Assembly: GCA_001603595.1 (NCBI GenBank)
Contig: LUZK01000034.1
Span: 4,760 to 68,759, forward strand
From: Bacteroidales bacterium Bact_19
GTDB taxonomy: Bacteria > Bacteroidota > Bacteroidia > Bacteroidales > ML635J-15
Direction: 5' to 3'
Length of the DNA: 64,000 nt
Shown here: piece by piece, positions 29,589 through 37,832 of the stretch
Position numbering within the stretch: position 1 is the first letter of the stretch
How the letters are laid out: each line of letters starts with the position of its first letter
The notes under the pieces: model-generated
What the model was told of the DNA's origin: nothing
Seen by the model: the letters and a program-made list of their open reading frames with translations, nothing else
The model's database searches: none
Translations under genes and position numbers: made by a program

Positions 29589-29596
29589 TAAATTTG
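29589..29596 (+). promoter_or_regulatory. Candidate -7 promoter box (TAnnTTTG) inside the decayed element
   Basis: taaatttg lies 37 nt upstream of the ATG at 29633. It overlaps the TTG start given in the ORF track, which argues against that start. Confidence 0.35.
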
Positions 29597-29632
29597 TTAC
29601 AAATTATCTCAAATAAAAAAAACAATAAAAGA

Positions 29633-30048
29633 ATGAATCAAAAAAGTAAAAAAGTAAATCGCAATCCTTTTCCTGAAGAAATCCTAAATTTACCGGTAAC
29701 TAAGTGCCCGTATTGCGAAAGTGAACATTTTGTTAAGTATGGGAAATACATTAACGTACCAAGATATAGATGTAAAAGTTGCAAGCGTACGTTTCTTCCT
29801 ACAAGTGGAAGCAGTCTTCATTACATAAATAAAAAAGAAAAGTTTTTGAAATTATTTGAATTGATTAAGGTAGGCGAAGTTTTAACAGTAAAAAGAATAT
29901 CTGAAAAATTTGAAATAAGCATTTAAACTGCATTTGATTGGAGGAATAAGATTTTATCGGCACTAAATATAGATAAGAAAGATTACAAATCTAAAAAAAC
30001 TTTAAATATAGTTAACTCTATTCCAAATTCAGCAATAGAGAATGTTTA
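29633..30048 (+). pseudogene. Truncated transposase-like gene (Zn-ribbon/HTH part only) with an in-frame TAA at 29924-29926
   Basis: CPYCESEHFVKYGKYINVPRYRCKSCKRTF matches 17332-18390. Homology continues across the stop (SI*TAFDWRNKIL vs ANQTAFDWRHKFL), with TAA where the intact copy has a Gln codon. It then collapses after about 40 codons. Confidence 0.6.
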
Positions 30049-30147
30049 ATTTGCCCAAAGCCGACATTTATGAGAGTTGAGGCTCTCGAAACGCCCTTAT
30101 GATTGATCCTCTCGATGGTTGAGCGTAAGCTAACCCACACACGAAGC

Positions 30148-30175
30148 ATTAGTTCATAAACCCCCAATGACTAAT
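30148..30175. repeat. Head-to-head terminus palindrome (attagttcat / atgactaat)
   Basis: attagt(t)cat at 30148-30157 pairs with atgactaat at 30167-30175 across the 9-nt spacer aaaccccca. Confidence 0.6.
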
Positions 30176-30266
30176 ACAGGGTTTATTGGAGCTTTGCTGT
30201 TAGGTTTTTTGTACGTTAATTATTTTGAAGTATTTACTATTTAAACTTCTACCTTCAAAATCCCTC

Positions 30267-32390
30267 TTATAATCTAACTCTAATCCCCGGACCAAGTAGA
30301 ACAAACCACTTATCGGAAGAAAGTAAATATCCTCCTCCGAGATATAACGGGAAAGTCATTTTAGATTCTTTTGTTGTAGGATAAAGACTCCCGATAATAA
30401 CAACTCCCATGTCTCTAAGAGCATTGTTATCTGCAAAATTAAGAGCATTTATTGCAATAAAACCTGCTCCAATTTTATATGGACGAAAACGGTTTATTTT
30501 TTCTTTTTGATAAAAACTAAATTGAGCAATCATTGCAAGACTAATCCCACCTAAATCTCCATAACCGGGATCACCAATTTTTTTGGTTATCAAACCGGCA
30601 GGAAAAGAAACATCTATATCAAAACGAGCAGATTTCTGGACAATAATATCAACTGTTTTTATATCGCTCCTACTCAGAGAGGTTGCTTTTGACGGTTTAA
30701 AAGTAATCTGAATCCTAACCCAACTGTCAAGATCGAAAGTTTTTCGATTAAGATATTGATTTAACAGTATCACTGTATTAGAGTTTTTCCGATTATAAAA
30801 TTGGTAGCGTGGCGATAAACTTCCGGGACTTACCAAAACAGAATTAAGATTCAATACCTCAAGTACTTCTCCTCTGCTACCTGTAATTTTAACTTCAATA
30901 TCAAGATACTGATTACCATAAAGTTCATTATTAGAATCTATTTTATTAACATCAAAAGATATTACAATATCTTTAATTGTTTTTGGCGTAAATGCCGGAC
31001 CTGTATAACTTAACAATTCCTTTGGACCTGCACCGTAATCAATCGTTATATAGTCAAAAGCTCGAATTCTTTCGTATTCAACGATATGAAACATTAATCC
31101 AGTAGGTTGATTATTAACCAGTACATTAAGATTTCTCTTTTTTATATCAAACGGGACTAAAGCTCTGAATTCAATGACTTCGTTACTGCTTAATAATGTA
31201 TCTGATTTAATAATTTGAAGATCTTCGACGCTGATTTTAGATCTTAATAAAGATTGCCCTTCAAAACGTATCAAAACCTCTTCTCCGGGATACAAAGATG
31301 TTGAATTTAACCAGTTTGAGCCGTCACGCATAATCCGAACTGATTGTATTTTTGTAAGTGGTATAATTGAAAAATTTGTAATAAACTTAGGTTCATCTCC
31401 GTCTTTTATATACATCAACCCATCTGTTTGGTTATGATAATTATATGTTCTTACTACTGCTAAGACTTTGTTATTTGCCAATCTTGATTTTGTAAAAAGT
31501 TCTGCTATTAAAACTCCGCCGGGGGCTTCTGAATTTTCTATTCTGTATGTTTTTTGGAGCTGAAGATTTCTATTATAATCTATTTGAATTTCCACCCCTT
31601 CGGATCTGTTCTTTTCATCAATGCTGATTTCTTTTATGTCGGTTGATAGAAAAGCAAGACGGCTGGTTTTTACATTAATATCCAATTTCAAAGGACCATA
31701 TTTATAAATTAAATTCCCATTCTCGTCCATCATTGGCTTTTTTAATTCGAGATAAATAGGGATGGAATATTGCCCGGGTTGAGTTGCCAAAAAATTTATT
31801 ATAATTTCATCCGTTTTGGATTTAATCATTCGGTAATGCACAGGAAATTCTTTATTCCAAGAAAGATTAATTACAATATTTTCGGGCAAACTAGAATATA
31901 TTTCTACAAGAAATTCTTCACCTGTGAAAAGTTCTTCGGGAGTTTTCACAAAACCACAATCCATCACAGCAACAGGAAGAAGTATTATCTCAAAAACATT
32001 GCTTTTACTATTCTGTTCAGAAATACTATATTTAAAACTTAATTTAGGATTATCAATTATATTTTTGAATTTAATTTTTGTCTCGTAATGATCCTGAATA
32101 TAATAAACAGAATCGGTAAATTCATAGTCTGCACTTGAATAAAAAACAAATTCTTTATCAGAATATTTCTGTGCCGGATATATTTTTATCAGAAATTCTT
32201 CTGTTGGATAAGTAAAATTGAAATAAAAATATTCTTCCCCATCAACTTTAATTTTGTTGTTATGATTATTGTAAGTACCGGCAAGATTTGTAAGTTCAAC
32301 TAATCTAAAGTGCGTATTTGACTGAGCGAACAAATTCCAAGAATTCAGAATAATTATTAGTATTATAAAATATTTATAAAATTTCTTCAT
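30267..32390 (-). CDS. Hypothetical secreted protein (707 aa from the ATG at 32390); C-terminal ~110 aa may be a membrane or beta-barrel anchor
   Basis: Signal peptide MKKFYKYFIILIIILNSWNLFAQ. The upstream 11 codons of the tracked ORF overlap a terminator hairpin. No recognisable family. Confidence 0.6.
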   Translation of the reverse strand: MKKFYKYFIILIIILNSWNLFAQSNTHFRLVELTNLAGTYNNHNNKIKVDGEEYFYFNFTYPTEEFLIKIYPAQKYSDKEFVFYSSADYEFTDSVYYIQDHYETKIKFKNIIDNPKLSFKYSISEQNSKSNVFEIILLPVAVMDCGFVKTPEELFTGEEFLVEIYSSLPENIVINLSWNKEFPVHYRMIKSKTDEIIINFLATQPGQYSIPIYLELKKPMMDENGNLIYKYGPLKLDINVKTSRLAFLSTDIKEISIDEKNRSEGVEIQIDYNRNLQLQKTYRIENSEAPGGVLIAELFTKSRLANNKVLAVVRTYNYHNQTDGLMYIKDGDEPKFITNFSIIPLTKIQSVRIMRDGSNWLNSTSLYPGEEVLIRFEGQSLLRSKISVEDLQIIKSDTLLSSNEVIEFRALVPFDIKKRNLNVLVNNQPTGLMFHIVEYERIRAFDYITIDYGAGPKELLSYTGPAFTPKTIKDIVISFDVNKIDSNNELYGNQYLDIEVKITGSRGEVLEVLNLNSVLVSPGSLSPRYQFYNRKNSNTVILLNQYLNRKTFDLDSWVRIQITFKPSKATSLSRSDIKTVDIIVQKSARFDIDVSFPAGLITKKIGDPGYGDLGGISLAMIAQFSFYQKEKINRFRPYKIGAGFIAINALNFADNNALRDMGVVIIGSLYPTTKESKMTFPLYLGGGYLLSSDKWFVLLGPGIRVRL

Positions 32391-32409
32391 ATTTTTTTTG
32401 CAAAAATAA

Positions 32410-32437
32410 AAAAGGAGGAGCAATTGCCCCTCCTTTT
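32410..32437 (-). terminator. Rho-independent terminator after the 769-aa T9SS cargo gene
   Basis: 9-bp stem aaaaggagg/cctcctttt with an inner gca/tgc extension. On the minus strand it is followed by tttttttatttttg. Confidence 0.8.
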
Positions 32438-32456
32438 AACATTTTTTTAATCTGAA

Positions 32457-34766
32457 TTATTTAATTACATTGAGTTTGAATACTTCTCCATTAACTTTAA
32501 CGAAATAAGTTCCGTTAGTTAAGTTATTGATATCAATTTGTTGATTAGCAGAAGCATTATTAACCTTAGCAACAACAGAACCTAACATGTTGATAATTTC
32601 GATATTAGCACCTTCAGCATTAACTACTGTGATAAAATCATTTGCTGGGTTAGGATATACGCTAACAGCAGCAGTATTTACCATTTCGTTTGACACAAAA
32701 ATATCAACTGCAAAATTATCAACAAATAAATTCCACATATCAGCATCAGAATAAGCTTTAATACCAAAGTAATAAGTACCGGATGCAGAAGGAGTAAAGT
32801 TAGCATTTGCAGTTAGATATTCTGTATTTGTCAAAGTGCCTAAATCAAGAATTAGTGTCATAGCATTAGGATCCTGTGCATTGCCATAATAAATAGCCAT
32901 TTTTTCTGGATAAGAAGCTGATTGAACTTTATAATCGAGGCTAACTCTATAATCCTGTCCACCCATTAAATCAATACAAGTTGAAAATAACCAGTCATTA
33001 GCAGGATTCTCAGTATTGTAAACATAGGCAAATGCATTTGAATTTTCAACTCCGTAACCCGTTGCATAAACCCATGAATTATCATCACTATTAGCATCAT
33101 AAATAGCCCATCCAAGTAAACTTTCCTCAGTATCAAAATTTGAAGAGTATGGAACATCAGTTGATTCTATGTTTGCAGTAGCGAAATCTCTTGAATTATT
33201 TGAAGCAATTTCGTCACCGGCAACATTAACAGTAGCTATAATTTCGTATAGCCCATCTGCTGACATATTTATTGGTGTTGAAAAAATAAAGTCAACAATT
33301 TCACCCGGGTTAACAGTTCCTGCAAAATTTTCCGTAACTGCAGCACCCCCATTAACAGTGTAAGACACTGTAAAATTAGAGAATGGATTTGTACCGTTGT
33401 TCTTAATACGAACCATTAGAGTTTCATCTCCCATTTCACATGATGGGAAAATCGGATCAATTTCATATAATTCAGCATCAATAGCAGCACAACCTGAGCC
33501 TAAATTATCAGCAACTAACTGAGGTCCTGTAAACGAGTCTGGAGTAGTACTTCCTGCGACAACAACACTGTTGTAACTTATTGTTAACCATGCTGAACCA
33601 TCAATCATACCGTCTTCGTCAGAAACAACAGCTTTGTAACATAAATCATCAATAACACAAACCTCTTCATGAATTACAACATTCCACTGCCAACCTATAG
33701 TTCTTTCAGCAACAACTTCATTAGTTAATTTATTTATTACCTGCCAAGATTGTCCACCCATGTTATCGGTAAGAGCGTCAAAGGCAATCACAGCATCACC
33801 ACTTATGATTTCTAATGAAGCCATATTATTATCAGGATTAGAATCTCCGGTTAAATTAACAGAAGCTACAATATTGTATAAATCTAAAGCTGACATATCA
33901 ACAGTAGTAATAAAAGTATAATCATATGAAGATGCGGGTGCAATTGAAGCAGTAACTGTTTCAATAACAGGAGCACTGCCATTTACTGAATAAGAAACCT
34001 GAAAGTTAGAAATATCTGAACCTCCATTATTTAGGATTCTAACTGTAACATTCTGATTAGATGATAACTGGCAGCCACTTAAATGATTTGGTTCGATAAT
34101 ATCTACAATTGCAGCATCTGTAATATCATTTGTATATACAGTCACATCATCCAATTTAAGATAAAACATATCTGTACATTCAGTGTGGATAAAAGCAATA
34201 TAAACATTTTGTCCAGCATAGGAAGATAGGTTGTGAATTCTTTGTTTCCATCCTCCTGAATCAAGAGTTTCTTCATGAATAATTGTGAAACTTGAAGGAT
34301 TTGTGTTAGTTGTTGAAATAGCTACTTTAAATCTTTCTTGATACCATGAAGGATCTTGCGCAGCAATCCAATAGTCCAACATTATTGTTCCACTTGCTGG
34401 CAAAGTAATTTGAGGAGTAATAATCCAATTGGTTGGGTTTAATGGACCTGTTCCAGATATCCAAGAAGCAGAAGCAACGCATTTTGATCCGGAATGGGCG
34501 GCTCCGGTTACTGTATATATGAACCAATCTTGTCCGTCACCATCTTGATCCAAAGTTGTCCATCCATTTTCAGGCATGTTTGTCCATTCAAACCCTTCAG
34601 AAAAAATTGTAGTCATTGCTTCTTTTTCAACTGCAGGGTAAACTGTCATTTCGCTAAGAGAAGGCTTTGAAACTCTACCCATAACTTCGTCTTTCTTACT
34701 TGCAAATTGTGAAAATGCAAATACAGAAACTAGAATAAGACTAAATAAAACATAAACTTTTTTCAT
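32457..34766 (-). CDS. Secreted T9SS cargo protein with cleaved-adhesin / choice-of-anchor-J-like and two CARDB-like domains (769 aa)
   Basis: Signal peptide. FSEGFEW...GWTTLDQDGDGQDW. Duplicated VRILNNGGSDISNFQVSYSVNG / VRIKNNGTNPFSNFTVSYTVNG modules. C-terminal VSVYPNPANDFITV...YFVKVNG is a T9SS CTD. Confidence 0.8.
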   Translation of the reverse strand: MKKVYVLFSLILVSVFAFSQFASKKDEVMGRVSKPSLSEMTVYPAVEKEAMTTIFSEGFEWTNMPENGWTTLDQDGDGQDWFIYTVTGAAHSGSKCVASASWISGTGPLNPTNWIITPQITLPASGTIMLDYWIAAQDPSWYQERFKVAISTTNTNPSSFTIIHEETLDSGGWKQRIHNLSSYAGQNVYIAFIHTECTDMFYLKLDDVTVYTNDITDAAIVDIIEPNHLSGCQLSSNQNVTVRILNNGGSDISNFQVSYSVNGSAPVIETVTASIAPASSYDYTFITTVDMSALDLYNIVASVNLTGDSNPDNNMASLEIISGDAVIAFDALTDNMGGQSWQVINKLTNEVVAERTIGWQWNVVIHEEVCVIDDLCYKAVVSDEDGMIDGSAWLTISYNSVVVAGSTTPDSFTGPQLVADNLGSGCAAIDAELYEIDPIFPSCEMGDETLMVRIKNNGTNPFSNFTVSYTVNGGAAVTENFAGTVNPGEIVDFIFSTPINMSADGLYEIIATVNVAGDEIASNNSRDFATANIESTDVPYSSNFDTEESLLGWAIYDANSDDNSWVYATGYGVENSNAFAYVYNTENPANDWLFSTCIDLMGGQDYRVSLDYKVQSASYPEKMAIYYGNAQDPNAMTLILDLGTLTNTEYLTANANFTPSASGTYYFGIKAYSDADMWNLFVDNFAVDIFVSNEMVNTAAVSVYPNPANDFITVVNAEGANIEIINMLGSVVAKVNNASANQQIDINNLTNGTYFVKVNGEVFKLNVIK

Positions 34767-35015
34767 AATACACTAATTTTAGTTAAACAATTTTAAAGTA
34801 CAAATATAAACATTTTATTATTACAATTTTCTTTTACTAAATATTTTCTGGATATTTTATTAACAATTTTTTGTTAATAACTAATTTGTAATTTAAAACA
34901 AAAATATAACATACAAAAAATATTAAATGTTAGAAACAAATATAAGTAATATTATATTTATCCATATCGAGCATCGAGAATAAAATCCGGATTTGTGTTA
35001 CATTCCGAATCCTAA

Positions 35016-37703
35016 TTATATTTTTTCAGTTTTCAATAAAACATAAATAGCTAAAAACATTATAAATAAATAAAAGAACATAACGAGAAAATTATAATTA
35101 AATGTATTAATAATCATGCCAACAAAATATTTATACCCGTTCAAAAAGACTCTGTTATTTACAAACTCAACATCTTTATGAAAAATTCGAGGAAAATTTT
35201 CAATGTTAGTATTATCAATAGTTTCATAATTTCTTATAATCCTGTCTATTCCAATATTTGAATATTTTTTTCGAATGAAATCTATATTTTCGTATTTGCG
35301 AAATTCCGAATCTATTAAGTTAATAAGTATGTTATTTTCTTTTTGCAATTTATCAGTAAAAACATTATTAAAGTCATTTTTTTTCTTTTCCCCCGATATT
35401 TCCGAATCATTGCTGTTTAATATATAAAAATTCTTAATTTTAAAGTTATTAAGTTTAATTTGACTACTAAAAGGAGTAATAATTTTTCCGTAGGGATTAT
35501 TCATGTAAAAATCAGCTGTTATGGCTTCAAGACTCCACCTTAAAGGAACTAAATCTGCAATATAAGGGACATCAGAGGAAGCTTTAGTCGAAAAAAGATT
35601 CAGTTTATCGTATCTAACAAAGGCACCTGACAAAATTATCTGTGGCATTATAATAAAAGGAATTAAAACAAAAGCCACAACCAAATTTTTCGATAATTTT
35701 GAAATTAAAATTCCGGCAAAGGCTCCCCAAAGCATTAAAATCCATATCCATAAGAAAAGTTTTATCCCATAAAATTCGCATTTCATTATTAGGCTTCCGG
35801 GAAATACTAAAACCAGTGAAAGTATAAAACTTATTAAAAAATACTTTATAAGTAGAGTTAATGCCTCAGCATTGTGGAATTTTAATATTCTTCGTAGAAA
35901 CTTAAGATATTCATATATATAAAATCCTTCGTGAACACTTATCATCATTCCAATAAAAACAGAGCTTAATTGTATTACAAAAATCCAAATTGGAAAATTA
36001 TCATTATAATAAAATTGTTTTGGCGAACTCAACAGTGCGGAAAAGATTAGCCCGCAAAATAACACTGTAAAAAATAGTGCAAAAGATCGTTTATAATTTT
36101 TTAAATCAGATATAAAGATAAGTTTTATAAAGTTTCTCAGGGTTTTACAAAACTTTTTGTTGTGAAAAACTTTAATTTTATTATAAACCGCTTTATTCTC
36201 TAATTTATTGTTTTTCAAAAAGTTTTGATACAATTCAGAAGGTGTGAATTTTCGTCGGTATGCCATATTGTCGTAATGATTTCGACTCTCCACCAATTTA
36301 AAAAGTACTGCCGGATTTTTACAAATCTCCGGGAGTGTAGATAATGAAATATTATCTGTTTGATTTCTAAAATACTCAAAACATTCGGTAGGTTTTCCGA
36401 AAAAAATACAATAACCTTCTTCGTCAATAAACAATATTTTATCAAAAGCTAAAAACACATTATAATCAGGTTGATGCAGACTGCAAAAAACAACTTTGGA
36501 ATTGTCAGCCAACATTCTTAAAAGTTTTACGATTTCCATTACGTCGGCTGATGATAATCCGCTTAAAGGTTCATCCAAAAGCAAAATATCAGGATTGGTA
36601 ACAAGAGCCATGGCAATAGAAAGCCTTTTTAACTCTCCACCGGATAAATTAAAAGGCTTATTAAAAAATTTAACTGCAACTTCTTCTCTTTTATGTTTTA
36701 TTCCAACAAAATCAAGCAAATCATCAACATCTGAATCTGTACCGAAGAACTTTTGAGTTGCACTAACATTCTCATAAACCGAATAATAAGGAATAAATCC
36801 CGGATTCTGATCCATCAAAACTGTTTTAACTATAAAGAACTCAAATTCTGAAGATTCAAGAATTTCTCCTGAAATATTTTTACTTTTACCATACTCTCCA
36901 ACAGCTTTCAAAAAAGTACTCTTTCCACTACCGCTCCTTCCCATCACAGCAATTAACTCTCCTGAACAAAATTCGATGCTTAGGGGCTTTAAAATTTCCT
37001 TATTTTTTTCTCTGTATGTCAAATTACTGATTCTAAATTTTCTTAATAGATGATTTTTTTTGTTATAGTTTTTGATTAAATCCCTTAGAAGAATCGGATG
37101 ATTATCAAAATACATTATATTTTCGCTTCCAAACAGTGCATTGTCTCCTGTTTCATATTTAAAACCATCTATAGAAACATTAGCATTCAGTATTCTTAGT
37201 AAAGTCAGATTGGCTTCAAGTAAAGCAAAATCAACTATCTTAAAATTATTAAATATAAATGTTTTATAATTTAAATTATCAAACTTATTTAGTCCAGTTA
37301 TTAAAGTTTCTATCTTCAATTTTTGAATTCCAATACTATCACCTACTAGTTTTATATATTCATAGGATTGCTCAATAAGTAAACATTTTTTACTCAATTC
37401 AATAAGATAAAACAATAAAACATACTTATGTTTTAATTCTAAATCTGAATTAATTTCAGCACATAGGCTGATAATTTTCAATGAGTTCAGAGAACGTTTT
37501 TTCAATATTCTTTGTTCTTTTTCGGTGAAATTTTCTAATTCACTCTTAAAAAAATTCAAGTATTCCTCTCGATATTTTTCATCTATATTTTGTAAAAATT
37601 TTGACACAATTGGTTGAATATATGACAAATTTTCAGGTGAAACTTTTACTACAGTTATGGCAAAAATCTTTAATAAATTTCTTAAAATTTTATGTGTTAT
37701 CAT
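35016..37703 (-). CDS. Fused ABC transporter (NBD followed by an ABC-2-type permease) with uncharacterised N- and C-terminal extensions (895 aa)
   Basis: Walker A GRSGSGKST, signature LSGGELKRL, Walker B ILLLDEPLSGL. About 6 TM helices follow the NBD. About 230 aa precede the NBD, and about 170 aa plus a terminal TM helix follow the permease. Confidence 0.8.
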   Translation of the reverse strand: MITHKILRNLLKIFAITVVKVSPENLSYIQPIVSKFLQNIDEKYREEYLNFFKSELENFTEKEQRILKKRSLNSLKIISLCAEINSDLELKHKYVLLFYLIELSKKCLLIEQSYEYIKLVGDSIGIQKLKIETLITGLNKFDNLNYKTFIFNNFKIVDFALLEANLTLLRILNANVSIDGFKYETGDNALFGSENIMYFDNHPILLRDLIKNYNKKNHLLRKFRISNLTYREKNKEILKPLSIEFCSGELIAVMGRSGSGKSTFLKAVGEYGKSKNISGEILESSEFEFFIVKTVLMDQNPGFIPYYSVYENVSATQKFFGTDSDVDDLLDFVGIKHKREEVAVKFFNKPFNLSGGELKRLSIAMALVTNPDILLLDEPLSGLSSADVMEIVKLLRMLADNSKVVFCSLHQPDYNVFLAFDKILFIDEEGYCIFFGKPTECFEYFRNQTDNISLSTLPEICKNPAVLFKLVESRNHYDNMAYRRKFTPSELYQNFLKNNKLENKAVYNKIKVFHNKKFCKTLRNFIKLIFISDLKNYKRSFALFFTVLFCGLIFSALLSSPKQFYYNDNFPIWIFVIQLSSVFIGMMISVHEGFYIYEYLKFLRRILKFHNAEALTLLIKYFLISFILSLVLVFPGSLIMKCEFYGIKLFLWIWILMLWGAFAGILISKLSKNLVVAFVLIPFIIMPQIILSGAFVRYDKLNLFSTKASSDVPYIADLVPLRWSLEAITADFYMNNPYGKIITPFSSQIKLNNFKIKNFYILNSNDSEISGEKKKNDFNNVFTDKLQKENNILINLIDSEFRKYENIDFIRKKYSNIGIDRIIRNYETIDNTNIENFPRIFHKDVEFVNNRVFLNGYKYFVGMIINTFNYNFLVMFFYLFIMFLAIYVLLKTEKI

Positions 37704-37832
37704 ATTAGCAGATATTTTAGCATTTAGATTAACTTTTTTTTAAGAAAGAAAAACAATATAAAATTAGTATTTCTGTTAAAATTGCAGAGTTTTTGTAAGA
37801 AAAAAAACATTGTTCGGATAAAAAAACATTTT

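Larger units (their letters stand above)
29459..30157 (+). mobile_element. Internally deleted, decayed second copy of the IS-like element
   Basis: 5' end: ataactaatga...attctgtatttgctcac aligns with the reverse complement of 18661-18724. 3' end: taacccacacacgaagcattagttcat (30131-30157) is the inverted-repeat partner. About 0.7 kb, compared with 1.56 kb for the intact copy. Confidence 0.5.

Noticed and set aside
29924-29926. In-frame TAA considered as programmed read-through or a reassigned stop codon
   Set aside because: All other genes terminate normally under the standard code. Homology to the intact copy collapses about 40 codons after the stop, and the C-terminal two thirds are deleted. 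A pseudogene is the simpler reading.
32413-32419. Perfect AAGGAGG considered as a Shine-Dalgarno site
   Set aside because: It forms the stem of a terminator hairpin and lies about 25-40 nt from the nearest start codons. Bacteroidota generally do not rely on SD pairing.
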